DNA from: a virus | Length of the DNA: 64,000 bases | Virus record (IMG/VR): IMGVR_UViG_3300013286_000013 | Span: 1-64,000 of that record | Strand: one strand, 5' to 3' | In this document: positions 29,240 to 38,773 of the stretch, piece after piece | Layout of the letters: each line of letters starts with the position of its first letter | Position numbering within the stretch: the first letter of the stretch is position 1 | The notes under the pieces: generated by a model | What the model was told of the DNA's origin: nothing | The model's input: the letters and a program-made list of their open reading frames with translations, nothing else | Database searches by the model: none | Made by a program: the position numbers and the translations under genes

Positions 29240-30108
29240 AAAAAATTTGCTTCGTTAAACGTGAAAGGAACTTCGATAGTAGGCGGAGCGCCTTTTTCTA
29301 ACATTTCCGGAGTACTTTGTATGGTCATTGGCTTTAATTGATTGTTTAAATTAAGAACTCCCAGTCTGTCCTTAATCTTTTCAAATACTGCGCTGTCACA
29401 TTTTTCAATAAACTCTGTAATAAATTCGGGATCTTCTACTACTCCTGCTATACTTTCTATCCTGTAAATAGCCTGACCAATTATGGTAATTGTCTTGCTT
29501 GTGAGTTTTTGAAAGGCCGCTTGAAATGCCTTGATCTTGTCTTGTTCGGAAGTGTTGTCATCTTTGATAATACTGATTAATCTCTGCGTGTCAAATTCTC
29601 CTATCTGCGCATCAGTCTGACTACGATAGGTTAAAGGTTTAAGATAGACTACTAATTCTGGAGATATTTCAAATCTATCATCCCAATCAACTTGAGACTG
29701 CAGATTTTCTAAAACTTCGCGCACGTTAATTTCATAATCGGTATCGCCGTCAATAGTAGGATGTGTTATTTTCATAGTGAGCATTTCGCCATATGTAGCT
29801 AACCGCACGGCTACTAGAATAGTATCAAGATCAACCTGTGGGCAGTCCCAGGCATCAAGCACGTTGGGCATGCAACTGTGAATAATTTCTACCATAGCTT
29901 GACCGTTCATCAATGCATCTGGAGTTTTTAACAGGAGTTCATCGCGGGCTGTCATTGAAAACACAGGATATTCTCCGTTGACACTTACATTGAGACTGCC
30001 TTCTTTCCAATATTTGCCGTTGCTGGGTAACCTAATATAGATCTTGGGCTGTCTTAAAACGCTTAATAACGGATTAATTCTTACTGCTGGTTGGGTAATT
30101 TCTGTCAT
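29233..30108 (-). CDS. Baseplate hub / tail assembly chaperone, T4 gp26-like
   Basis: RQPKIYIRLPSNGKYW...MTARDELLLKTPDALMNG...DLDTILVAVRLATYGE resembles gp26-family proteins. GGAG SD upstream. Ends GCA AAT TTT TTC GTA TAA. Confidence 0.75.
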   Translation of the reverse strand: MTEITQPAVRINPLLSVLRQPKIYIRLPSNGKYWKEGSLNVSVNGEYPVFSMTARDELLLKTPDALMNGQAMVEIIHSCMPNVLDAWDCPQVDLDTILVAVRLATYGEMLTMKITHPTIDGDTDYEINVREVLENLQSQVDWDDRFEISPELVVYLKPLTYRSQTDAQIGEFDTQRLISIIKDDNTSEQDKIKAFQAAFQKLTSKTITIIGQAIYRIESIAGVVEDPEFITEFIEKCDSAVFEKIKDRLGVLNLNNQLKPMTIQSTPEMLEKGAPPTIEVPFTFNEANFFV

Positions 30109-30121
30109 TTCTGCACTCCGA

Positions 30122-30153
30122 TAAATAATATGGCAATCTGATACACTTATTTA
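30122..30153. promoter_or_regulatory. Face-to-face pair of TAAATA late promoters (+ 30122-27 toward the tape measure gene; - 30148-53 toward the chaperone)
   Basis: One TAAATA on each strand within the 74-nt gap between the divergent genes. Confidence 0.6.
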
Positions 30154-30182
30154 TCTACGCACATATCCAGGAAATTTAAACC

Positions 30183-32609
30183 ATGGCAGGAAAAGAAACA
30201 GTCAAAGGTACGTTTGGCAATGAGCCAATAGAGCTTAATAATGCCGCGAGCGAAGCTACGCTTTATGCCATGTTAAAAATAGCACAGAAAGATAGTGCTG
30301 TACTTGCAGAAATGGCCAAGAAGGCAGGTATTGATAGTAAAAAAATTCAAGAGTCTTTAGACAAACAATCAGACGGTGGCGGCGGTAGCAAAGGTGGTGG
30401 ATTAGGATTGTTAGGTGGCGCCGCAAATTTAGCAGGTGGCTTCTTAATGGACATGGTAGGAAGCATAGGAAAGACTATTGGTAACCTGGCTAACTTTAGT
30501 CAGAGCTTGATGGACGGCACTGCAAGAGCCAGTGATTTTTTCAAAGCCTTTAGCGGTCTGCCATTAGGGCTAGGACTGCTCGCAGATGCATTGGCATTTT
30601 CTCAAAAGTTTTTTGAAAAACAAATAGACACCTATAGGATAATAAGTCAGACAGGTGCAGGTCTATCTAGCAGTCTAGGAGGACTACGCATACAGGCGCT
30701 TAATCTTGGGCTGAGTATGGACGAGTTTGGAGCCATGTTTGCAAAAAATCAACGTGCATTAGGACAGCTTGGCGGCAAGTCAATGGAAACTGCAAAAAAT
30801 TTAGTAGCAATTAATAATGCATTAGTTAATAGTCAAATGGGAAGAAATTTAGCAGGACTTGGGTATACCTTTAGTGAGCTCAATGGTCTCATAGGAGATT
30901 ATCTAGCTGTTACAGCAGACGGTGTAAGAATCAATCATGATTCGGGCAGTGAGCAGAGAAGATTGGCCAAGGCCGCTGGGGAGTATGGCAAGGAACTTGA
31001 TTTCCTTGCCAGACTAACAGGTGAAAGTAGAGAAGCTATTCAAAAGAAAATGGAAGCAGATAATCAAGAAGCCAGCTGGCAATTATACCTTACAAGTCTA
31101 GGACCTGAAATGCAAAAACAAGCTACGGAAGCTATTGCTCGTGCCAGACTGATGGGAGGTAAAGGCGGTGTTGATGCTATTAAATCTATGTTTATGGGAT
31201 TTGCGGGACCGTTCAGCCAAGAAGGTCAGTTTTATGTTTCTACCATGCACGGAGGAACACAAGCACTGAAAGGAATGGTTGCCGCAATTAAAAGCGGGCA
31301 ATCAAGTGAAATAGTTAGCACTCAAATTAATAAACTTTTTGCGCAAGGCATGGCAAGCAATATCAAAGACGTAGATAGATTCAGACATACTATATATGCG
31401 GCTGGCCAAGGCGGCGCAGAAAGCGCCAAGGCTTTCTTAGAATTAGTCGAAGCGCAGAAAAATTTTAGGAATCAAGGAAAATTTGCGGAAGCAGATATTT
31501 TGAAGTCTATTATTGCTACTCAAAAAAAAGCCGCAGCCGATGCAGATGCGGCTAAAGGACAAGCCGAAACAGACAAGCAGATGAAGGCTTTAGGAGCAAC
31601 ATTAACAACTGCATTACTACCTGCTTTATCTAGACTTAGTACAGTTGGCCTGAGTTTAATAAGCAGATTTACTGAGTTTATTAAATCGGAAGGTGTTATG
31701 GACAAGATTAAGAAAGCCGCTAACATATTAGCTGAATTTATAGAAAATTTATTCAATGACGCTGGAAGAGAAAAAATATTAAATGATTTCAAGTACATGA
31801 TGAAATTGATGTTGATAGAGATCAAGTATGCATTGAACTTGTTTTATACAAAAGGTGATGCGGCGGCCGAAAGAGCAGAATTAGATAGACAAAAAAAGAT
31901 TATAGATCTAACTGCTCAAAAAGAAAGATTAGCAAACGAAGCAAAGATCCTACAAGAAAAAATGCTTATTGTGCAGAAAAATGATGCTAAAAAGTTTGAC
32001 GAACAAATCAAACTAAGAGAGAAACATATCTCAAGTATCGAAAACGACGGAAAATTAGAGGAAGCAGTTAAACAAGAAAGAATTCAAAAAATTCGTGACG
32101 AGATACGTGAATTAGAAGATAAAAAAGAAGCCGCTGGAAAACTCAAAGCACCAGAACTGGCCGCCCAAATAGAACAAAATAGTAAAGATTTATCTAAAAC
32201 TACAGAAGAACTTGACAAGCTATTAGCAGAAAAAAATAAAGTGGAGAAGGCAAAAGCTGATAGAGCTAGAGATGCTAAGGAATCTGAAAACAATATGCCT
32301 GGCCCTATCCGTCCAACATTTGCTTCGGGTACATTAGGATCAGGAAAATTGATACAGAATTTTGGTAGAGAAACTATAGCATCCCTGCACGGAAAAGAAG
32401 CCGTATTAAATGAAGAGCAACTAACAAATCTAGCTAAAGGTGTCCAGCAATCTTCTCCACAGATAAATTTAGACGGCCTAGATGTGCTGGCAGAAGGCAT
32501 AATTACATTAAATAGAACTACAGCAATGCAGAATAAGATACTCGGTACTATTGCCGACAATCAGCGTACAATGATCAACCGGGCAACCGGAAATAGACTA
32601 ATGGCATAA
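30183..32609 (+). CDS. Tape-measure-like tail protein
   Basis: 808 aa, Ala/Gly/Lys-rich and helical, with a coiled-coil C-terminal third and a C-terminal FASGTLG...FGRETIASLHGKEAVL motif; divergent from the frameshifting chaperone. Confidence 0.7.
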   Translation: MAGKETVKGTFGNEPIELNNAASEATLYAMLKIAQKDSAVLAEMAKKAGIDSKKIQESLDKQSDGGGGSKGGGLGLLGGAANLAGGFLMDMVGSIGKTIGNLANFSQSLMDGTARASDFFKAFSGLPLGLGLLADALAFSQKFFEKQIDTYRIISQTGAGLSSSLGGLRIQALNLGLSMDEFGAMFAKNQRALGQLGGKSMETAKNLVAINNALVNSQMGRNLAGLGYTFSELNGLIGDYLAVTADGVRINHDSGSEQRRLAKAAGEYGKELDFLARLTGESREAIQKKMEADNQEASWQLYLTSLGPEMQKQATEAIARARLMGGKGGVDAIKSMFMGFAGPFSQEGQFYVSTMHGGTQALKGMVAAIKSGQSSEIVSTQINKLFAQGMASNIKDVDRFRHTIYAAGQGGAESAKAFLELVEAQKNFRNQGKFAEADILKSIIATQKKAAADADAAKGQAETDKQMKALGATLTTALLPALSRLSTVGLSLISRFTEFIKSEGVMDKIKKAANILAEFIENLFNDAGREKILNDFKYMMKLMLIEIKYALNLFYTKGDAAAERAELDRQKKIIDLTAQKERLANEAKILQEKMLIVQKNDAKKFDEQIKLREKHISSIENDGKLEEAVKQERIQKIRDEIRELEDKKEAAGKLKAPELAAQIEQNSKDLSKTTEELDKLLAEKNKVEKAKADRARDAKESENNMPGPIRPTFASGTLGSGKLIQNFGRETIASLHGKEAVLNEEQLTNLAKGVQQSSPQINLDGLDVLAEGIITLNRTTAMQNKILGTIADNQRTMINRATGNRLMA

Positions 32610-32615
32610 TAACAT

Positions 32616-34355
32616 ATGAGTTGGAAAAAATACTTTACACCAGTTTCGACAGGTAACTTTGGCCCCATTAGCGGCCAGTCAGGTGCAAGTCCTCAACGTG
32701 CAAACTACAGCAGTTACCTGCCTGACGTTTACACAGGGCATCCCAACAGACTAGAACGTTATAGGCAATACGATACAATGGACGGTGACTCGGAAGTCAA
32801 CGCGGCCCTAGACATTCTAGCAGAATTTTGCTCACAGATCAACGATGAAAACGGAACACCGTTTGAACTTGATTTTAAAGATCAAGCAACTCCTACAGAA
32901 ATCAAGATCCTTAAAAAGTATCTACAGCAGTGGACTAAACTAAACCTATTTCAAAAGCGCATCTTTAAAGTGGTACGCAACGTATTCAAGTACGGCGACA
33001 GCTTTTTCATTCGCGATCCAGAAACACAGGCATGGGTCTATGTGGATCCTGCTAAGGTTGATCGTATAATTGTCAATGAAAGCGAAGGCAAGAAACCTGA
33101 GCAGTATGTTATCCGTGACCTAAACATTAACCTACAATCGCTAACAGCAACCAGTATCAATCCCAGTAATCAAAACAGCGGCATGGGCGGTGGTTCATCG
33201 TTTGGTACAGCCAATGCCGGCGGCTCACGCGGTATGGTAGGCGGTGCTACTCCAAATGCTGGTAACCGTTTCCAAATGAATCAAAATCAACATCCTGTTG
33301 ATGCAAAGCACGTTATTCACATTAGTCTGTCAGAAGGTCTAGACAACAATTTTCCTTTTGGAAACAGTCTTTTAGAGAGCATTTTCAAGGTATATAAGCA
33401 GAAAGAACTACTGGAAGATGCCATTATCATCTATCGTATACAGCGAGCTCCAGAGCGCAGAGTATTCTATATTGATGTGGGTAACATGCCAAGCCACTTG
33501 GCCATGGGCTTTGTTGAACGTGTTAAAAACGAAATTAATCAAAGACGTATTCCTAGTCTAACCGGCGGCGGCACTAACCTAATTGACAGCAGTTACAATC
33601 CATTATCAATCAACGAAGACTACTTCTTTCCGCAGACAGCAGAAGGTCGTGGATCAAAAGTTGATGTGCTACCTGGCGGCACAAACCTAGGAGAAATTGA
33701 TGATCTGCGTTATTTTACCAATAAGTTATTTCGTGCTCTACGCATACCTAGTTCTTATCTACCTACCGGCTCTGACGACGGAGGAAGCAATTTCAATGAT
33801 GGACGTGTTGGAACAGCATACATACAGGAGTTGAGATTCAACAAGTATTGTGAACGACTACAGAGTCTAATGAACTCGGCCTTTGATCAAGAATTTAAAA
33901 CTTATCTCTATTCAAAAGGCATCAACATTGATCCTAACCTGTTCGATGTTACATTTAATCCTCCACAAAACTTTGCAAGTTATCGTCAAGCAGAGATGGA
34001 CGGAGTACGTATTAACACATTTGGCAGCATTGTTGCGCTACCCTTTATCAGCAAACGCTATGCACTAAAACGCTTCTTGGGACTTAAACAAGAAGAGATT
34101 GCAGAGAATCAAGAGATGTGGGAAGAAGAAAACATTGACAAGACTAAACCTATTTCAGCTTCTGCAGAACTACGTTCTGCGGGCATTACAGCAGGCGGTA
34201 TGGGTGGTGATATGGATAGCCTAGGACAATCAGATCCGGGTACTCCAGAGATGCAGGGCGCAGATGAGACTGGCGGAGCAGGCAATGCCGCAATGGCTCC
34301 TAGTGCAGGATCAGCAGGCGGTGGTGGCAGCGGAGCACCTCAAGGCCCGATGTAA
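32616..34355 (+). CDS. Portal protein, T4 gp20-like
   Basis: LLEDAIIIYRIQRAPERRVFYIDVGNMP, EDYFFPQTAEGRGSKVDVLPGGTNLGEIDDLRYF and ELRFNKYCERLQ. Confidence 0.96.
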   Translation: MSWKKYFTPVSTGNFGPISGQSGASPQRANYSSYLPDVYTGHPNRLERYRQYDTMDGDSEVNAALDILAEFCSQINDENGTPFELDFKDQATPTEIKILKKYLQQWTKLNLFQKRIFKVVRNVFKYGDSFFIRDPETQAWVYVDPAKVDRIIVNESEGKKPEQYVIRDLNINLQSLTATSINPSNQNSGMGGGSSFGTANAGGSRGMVGGATPNAGNRFQMNQNQHPVDAKHVIHISLSEGLDNNFPFGNSLLESIFKVYKQKELLEDAIIIYRIQRAPERRVFYIDVGNMPSHLAMGFVERVKNEINQRRIPSLTGGGTNLIDSSYNPLSINEDYFFPQTAEGRGSKVDVLPGGTNLGEIDDLRYFTNKLFRALRIPSSYLPTGSDDGGSNFNDGRVGTAYIQELRFNKYCERLQSLMNSAFDQEFKTYLYSKGINIDPNLFDVTFNPPQNFASYRQAEMDGVRINTFGSIVALPFISKRYALKRFLGLKQEEIAENQEMWEEENIDKTKPISASAELRSAGITAGGMGGDMDSLGQSDPGTPEMQGADETGGAGNAAMAPSAGSAGGGGSGAPQGPM

Positions 34356-34360
34356 TTTGG

Positions 34361-34366
34361 TAAATA
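34361..34366 (+). promoter_or_regulatory. Putative late promoter (TAAATA), 5 nt before an ATG
   Basis: GG-TAAATA-tagac-ATG(34372); no SD. Confidence 0.6.
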
Positions 34367-34371
34367 TAGAC

Positions 34372-34623
34372 ATGCTATTAAACGAATTCATTTACTTTAG
34401 TCCTGAGCAAGAGGAGATGTCCGACAAGGGTCGCTACGATCCGTTGGACGATAAAACATCAGTCCTACACGATAAAGACACTCGCAAAACTCGCTTGACA
34501 CTGGGCATGATAAATGATCTGCGCAGGGCAAGTGAAGCAAGAGATCGTGAAACCAAAGAGAATCTAATAGTAGTACGCCAGATGTATGCAATGCCAACTG
34601 AAGAAGGTGCCGCTCCGGCATAA
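34372..34623 (+). CDS. Small head-module protein (hypothetical)
   Basis: MLLNEFIYF...DTRKTRLTLGMINDLR..., 83 aa. The track start at 34264 overlaps the portal gene, so the start was moved to 34372. Confidence 0.75.
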   Translation: MLLNEFIYFSPEQEEMSDKGRYDPLDDKTSVLHDKDTRKTRLTLGMINDLRRASEARDRETKENLIVVRQMYAMPTEEGAAPA

Positions 34624-34774
34624 AATAAACTTGTAGTTTAATTCAAAAAGATACAAGTTAAATATTTTAAACAAAATTCAATACAAACTTAGAAAGATAA
34701 TAACTAAGTTTCGTCACCAAATGCCAAAAAGACTCGTTTTTGGCCTATTTCCCATAATTAATATAGGTGAGCAT

Positions 34775-34780
34775 TAAATA
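34775..34780 (+). promoter_or_regulatory. Putative late promoter (TAAATA) for the core/protease/scaffold/capsid operon
   Basis: TAAATA ~50 nt upstream of ATG 34829 (AGGAG SD); a second TAAATA at 34659-64. Confidence 0.6.
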
Positions 34781-34828
34781 TGCTTATATATTATTCACCC
34801 CTTGACAAACCAACAGGAGAAACCCGCA

Positions 34829-35767
34829 ATGAATAAATTCGAACAACTATTAGACTATATCGTAAACGAGGAAAAGGACAAAGCTGAAGAGCTATTCCAT
34901 GAAATCGTAGTAGAAAAGTCACGTGATATCTACGAAAACTTGATCGCTGAAGAAGCAACATGCGATGCCTGCCACAAAGATCCATGCGAATGTGACGATG
35001 ACAAAGAAGAAAAAGAAGATGACGAAAGCGTAGAAGAAGCTTTTGGCATGGAAGACGAAGGCGAAGAAATGGGTGGCGATGCTACTGATGATTTCACAGC
35101 TGACACAGCAGATACAGATGGACCAGGCGCTGAAGAAGACGGCGAAGAAGCTGGCGACATCGACGGTGACGGTACTCCAGCAACTGCTGATGATGTACAA
35201 GATCTAGCTGACGCTCTAGAAGAATTGAAAGCAGAATTTGCTAAATTGATGTCCGGCGAAAAACATGAGGAAGAAGAAGATCCAGATGTACATGGCGGCG
35301 CACTAGACGACATGGACGCAGGCGACGAAGAAGAAGATGACGAAGAAGATGAAGAAAAAAATCCTTTTGAATCACGTCAAATGACACGCGAATATCGTGA
35401 AACAGTAGCAAAACCAAGCAATACAGAAGCTGGTGATGGCAAATCTGGTCCGATCAACGCAAACCCAAAGAACCGTCCAAGCGGCGGCAATGTGAGCGCA
35501 CATAACATTGCTCAAGGCCAAACTGCAAGTGATTCAAATATCAAAGGCGGCGAAGGTTTAGTTGGTGGTATCAAAGGCAAGTTTACAAGCCCAAATACAC
35601 ACAACGTTGACGGTGTTAAGTCTGGTATCAAAACAGTAACCAAGCAAGGTGCTGGTTATCCAGGTAACAACAAGACAGCAGGTCCAGTAGGATCTGGTAC
35701 AGGCGACAAAGCTGGTCAAACATCAGTTGGTAGCCCTAAGTCAGTTGTTGACCACAAACAAGGTTAA
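34829..35767 (+). CDS. Acidic prohead core / scaffold-like protein
   Basis: ATG 34829 after AGGAG. Very Asp/Glu-rich middle and Gly/Lys-rich tail; lies between portal and protease. Confidence 0.7.
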   Translation: MNKFEQLLDYIVNEEKDKAEELFHEIVVEKSRDIYENLIAEEATCDACHKDPCECDDDKEEKEDDESVEEAFGMEDEGEEMGGDATDDFTADTADTDGPGAEEDGEEAGDIDGDGTPATADDVQDLADALEELKAEFAKLMSGEKHEEEEDPDVHGGALDDMDAGDEEEDDEEDEEKNPFESRQMTREYRETVAKPSNTEAGDGKSGPINANPKNRPSGGNVSAHNIAQGQTASDSNIKGGEGLVGGIKGKFTSPNTHNVDGVKSGIKTVTKQGAGYPGNNKTAGPVGSGTGDKAGQTSVGSPKSVVDHKQG

Positions 35768-35786
35768 TAAGTAGGTGACTACTAGG

Positions 35787-36413
35787 ATGCAATTTTTACG
35801 AGAACACCTTAGCTTTGACCAAGCTAATGCGGTCGTAGAGAGCGACGACAAAGACGGCAAGAGCCTTTATCTAAAAGGCATTGCTATCCAAGGCGGTATT
35901 CGCAATCAGAACCAGCGGGTTTATCCAGTCAAGGAAATCGAAATCGCTGTAAAGACTCTCAACGATCAAATTCAGAATGGTTATAGTGTTCTTGGAGAAG
36001 TTGATCATCCAGATGACCTCAAAGTAAATTTAGACCGTGTGTCCCATATGATTACTCAAATGTGGATGGAAGGTCCGAACGGATATGGCAAAATGAAAAT
36101 TTTGCCTACTCCAATGGGACAACTAATTCGTGTCATGCTTGAAAGCGGAGTAAAACTAGGTGTTAGTTCGAGAGGCAGCGGTAACGTTGACGATCGTTCT
36201 GGCAATGTTTCCGAGTTTGAGATTATCACAGTTGATATAGTTGCTCAACCAAGCGCACCTGGTGCGTATCCAACACCCGTTTATGAGCATATTATGAACG
36301 CTCGTGGAGGATATCGTGCATTACAGGTAGCTAAAGAAGTGAAAGAAGATCCTAGGGCACAGAAGCATCTCCATCAGGCGATGTTGAGTATTATCAGTGG
36401 CCTTAAAGCCTAA
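35787..36413 (+). CDS. Prohead protease, T4 gp21-like
   Basis: NQNQRVYP, LGEVDHP (His), LGVSSRGSG (Ser) and DIVAQPSAPGA. Start may be ATG 35787 or GTG 35775. Confidence 0.95.
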   Translation: MQFLREHLSFDQANAVVESDDKDGKSLYLKGIAIQGGIRNQNQRVYPVKEIEIAVKTLNDQIQNGYSVLGEVDHPDDLKVNLDRVSHMITQMWMEGPNGYGKMKILPTPMGQLIRVMLESGVKLGVSSRGSGNVDDRSGNVSEFEIITVDIVAQPSAPGAYPTPVYEHIMNARGGYRALQVAKEVKEDPRAQKHLHQAMLSIISGLKA

Positions 36414-36423
36414 GGAGAAATAA

Positions 36424-37521
36424 ATGGACGCATTCAAACAGTTAGTAGAGAGCGGAGTGATTAGCGAAGAAATTCGTACTGATCTAGAATCTGCCTTCAA
36501 CACTAAGATTCAAGAGAATCGCGACCAAGTAACCGCCCAACTAAGAGAAGAGTTTGCCCAACGCTATACACACGATAAAGGTGTGTTAGTAGAGTCAATC
36601 GACAAATTAGTAAGCGAACGCTTAGCCGCAGAGCTAGGTGAGTTTGCGCAAGATCGCAAGGCATTGGCAGAAACCAAAGCCGAGTACAAGCGCAGAATGA
36701 CAGCTGATTCCAAAACAATGGAATCTTTTGTTATGACTCAGTTAGCCAAAGAACTTGTGGAATTTCAAAATGACCGCACAAAGGTCAGCGAGAATTTCCA
36801 AAAGATGGAACAATTCGTTATCAACGCATTGGCCAAAGAGATTTCAGAATTTGCACAAGACAAGAAAGATATAGTTGAAGCGAAAGTTAAACTGGTCCGC
36901 GAAGCCAAGAGCAAATTTGCAGAAGTCAAGAAAGAATTCATCAAGCGTAGTGCCAATCTTGTCAAAGAGACAGTTAGCCGTCAGCTAACAACTGAGTTAC
37001 ATCAGTTGAAAGAAGATATCGAATCTGCTCGTACAAGCAATTTTGGTCGCCGTATTTTTGAAGCATTTGCACAGGAATTTCAACATTCGTATCTTAACGA
37101 AAAGTCTGAAACAAGTAGATTGTTAAAGATTGTAGATAAGAAAGAATTAGAAATTGCCGAAGCACAGGAAGCCGTTGCTAAAGTACAGGCCATTGCAGAA
37201 TCTAAGGACCGCGAAATTCGCGTTACGAAAGATCTAATGGAACGTGCAAAAGTAATGAGCGAACTATTAGCACCTTTAAGTGCTGAGAAGAAGGGTGTAA
37301 TGAGCGAATTGTTAGAGTCTGTACAGACTGGAAAATTAGCTAATTCATTCGACAAATACCTACCCGCAGTAATGGAAGGCGAAAGTCGTAAACAAAAGCA
37401 AGTTATTGCCGAAAGCAAGACACAAACTACTGTTACTGGCGATCGTGAGGTAAAAAATCAGCCTGAGGTAGGCTTTGACAACATTGTAGACATCCGCAAG
37501 TTAGCGGGTCTAGCAAAGTAA
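36424..37521 (+). CDS. Prohead core scaffold protein, T4 gp22-like
   Basis: Long Glu/Lys coiled coil between protease and capsid genes; SD TAAGGAG; GRRIFEAF motif. Confidence 0.8.
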   Translation: MDAFKQLVESGVISEEIRTDLESAFNTKIQENRDQVTAQLREEFAQRYTHDKGVLVESIDKLVSERLAAELGEFAQDRKALAETKAEYKRRMTADSKTMESFVMTQLAKELVEFQNDRTKVSENFQKMEQFVINALAKEISEFAQDKKDIVEAKVKLVREAKSKFAEVKKEFIKRSANLVKETVSRQLTTELHQLKEDIESARTSNFGRRIFEAFAQEFQHSYLNEKSETSRLLKIVDKKELEIAEAQEAVAKVQAIAESKDREIRVTKDLMERAKVMSELLAPLSAEKKGVMSELLESVQTGKLANSFDKYLPAVMEGESRKQKQVIAESKTQTTVTGDREVKNQPEVGFDNIVDIRKLAGLAK

Positions 37522-37534
37522 AATTAAGGAGAAA

Positions 37535-38716
37535 ATGATGTCACAACTTCTGAACGAAAGATGGTCAGAAACCAAAGAAGCCCTATTAGAAGGGTTACAA
37601 GGGAACCGTCGTGCCTCCATGCAAACATGCTTGGAAAATACACGCCGTCACCTAATTGAAAGTGCAACAGCAGGTGCTACATCTGCAGGTAACGTTGCAA
37701 CACTTAACCGCGTAATCCTACCAGTGATTCGTCGTGTTATGCCTACAGTTATTGCTAACGAAATCGTTGGCGTACAACCAATGACTGGCCCAGTTGGTCA
37801 AATCCATACTCTACGTGTTCGTTACGCAGATAATGGCTCTGACGTTACAGCTGGTGAAGAAGCATTGAGTCCATTCAAAATTGCTCAAGCCTATTCAGGT
37901 AACAATGATGCAACATATCCAAAGGCGCAGACAACAGCGGCTATGGAAGGTACACCAGGTAAGCGCATGAGCATACAAATCTTGAAGGCACCAGTCGAAG
38001 CCAAGTCACGCAAGCTATCAGCTCGTTGGACTTTCGAAGCCGCACAAGATGCACAAGCTCAACAAGGTATTGATATCGAAGCAGAAATCATGGCCGCTTT
38101 AGCACAAGAAATTACTGCTGAAATCGACCAAGAAGTATTGGCTTCACTACGTAGTTTAGCAAGTGTCGAAGAAACATATGACCAGTCATTAGTTTCAGGT
38201 ACAGCTACATTCGTTGGTGACGAACATGCCGCATTGGCAATTCAGATCAACCGTGTTGCGAACAAGATTGCTCAACGCACACGTCGTGGCGCTGGTAACT
38301 GGGCTGTTGTAAGTTCACAAGCACTTACAATTCTTCAGTCTGCAACAACAAGTGCTTTTGCACGTACCACAGAAGGTACATTCGAAGCCCCTACAAACAC
38401 CAAGTTTGTTGGTACATTGAATGGTGCAATGCGCATTTATGTTGACGCATATCTAAGCGACACAGGTCAAGATGCAAACCAAGTTCTAATTGGTTATAAA
38501 GGTCCTAGCGAGGCAGATGCTGCCGCGTTCTATTGCCCTTATATTCCGTTGATGAGCTCTGGAGTTGTTCTAGATCCAGCAACATTTGAACCAGTAGTTG
38601 GCTTCTTAACACGCTACGGCTATGTTGAGTTGACAAATACAGCTTCATCATTGGGTAACGCCGCTGACTACCTAGGCAAAGTATCTATTACTTCTGCCAA
38701 CGTAAGCTTCAAGTAA
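37535..38716 (+). CDS. Major capsid protein, T4 gp23-like
   Basis: ILPVIRRVMPTVIANEIVGVQPMTGPVGQIHTLR, AKSRKLSARWTFEAAQD, AFYCPYIPL and FEPVVGFLTRYG. The second ATG (37538) fits the SD spacing better. Confidence 0.97.
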   Translation: MMSQLLNERWSETKEALLEGLQGNRRASMQTCLENTRRHLIESATAGATSAGNVATLNRVILPVIRRVMPTVIANEIVGVQPMTGPVGQIHTLRVRYADNGSDVTAGEEALSPFKIAQAYSGNNDATYPKAQTTAAMEGTPGKRMSIQILKAPVEAKSRKLSARWTFEAAQDAQAQQGIDIEAEIMAALAQEITAEIDQEVLASLRSLASVEETYDQSLVSGTATFVGDEHAALAIQINRVANKIAQRTRRGAGNWAVVSSQALTILQSATTSAFARTTEGTFEAPTNTKFVGTLNGAMRIYVDAYLSDTGQDANQVLIGYKGPSEADAAAFYCPYIPLMSSGVVLDPATFEPVVGFLTRYGYVELTNTASSLGNAADYLGKVSITSANVSFK

Positions 38717-38739
38717 TCCAAGGCTTAAAAGCAAATAAG

Positions 38740-38762
38740 AAGGGCTCTTAGGAGCCCTTTTT
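38740..38762 (+). terminator. Intrinsic terminator after the major capsid gene
   Basis: AAGGGCTC-TTAG-GAGCCCTT-TTT. Confidence 0.9.
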
Positions 38763-38773
38763 GTTGACCACAA

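Noticed and set aside
34264-34371. N-terminal extension of the 119-aa ORF overlapping the portal gene
   Set aside because: It is out of frame within the portal's Gly-rich tail. The promoter and ATG at 34361-34372 give a better start.
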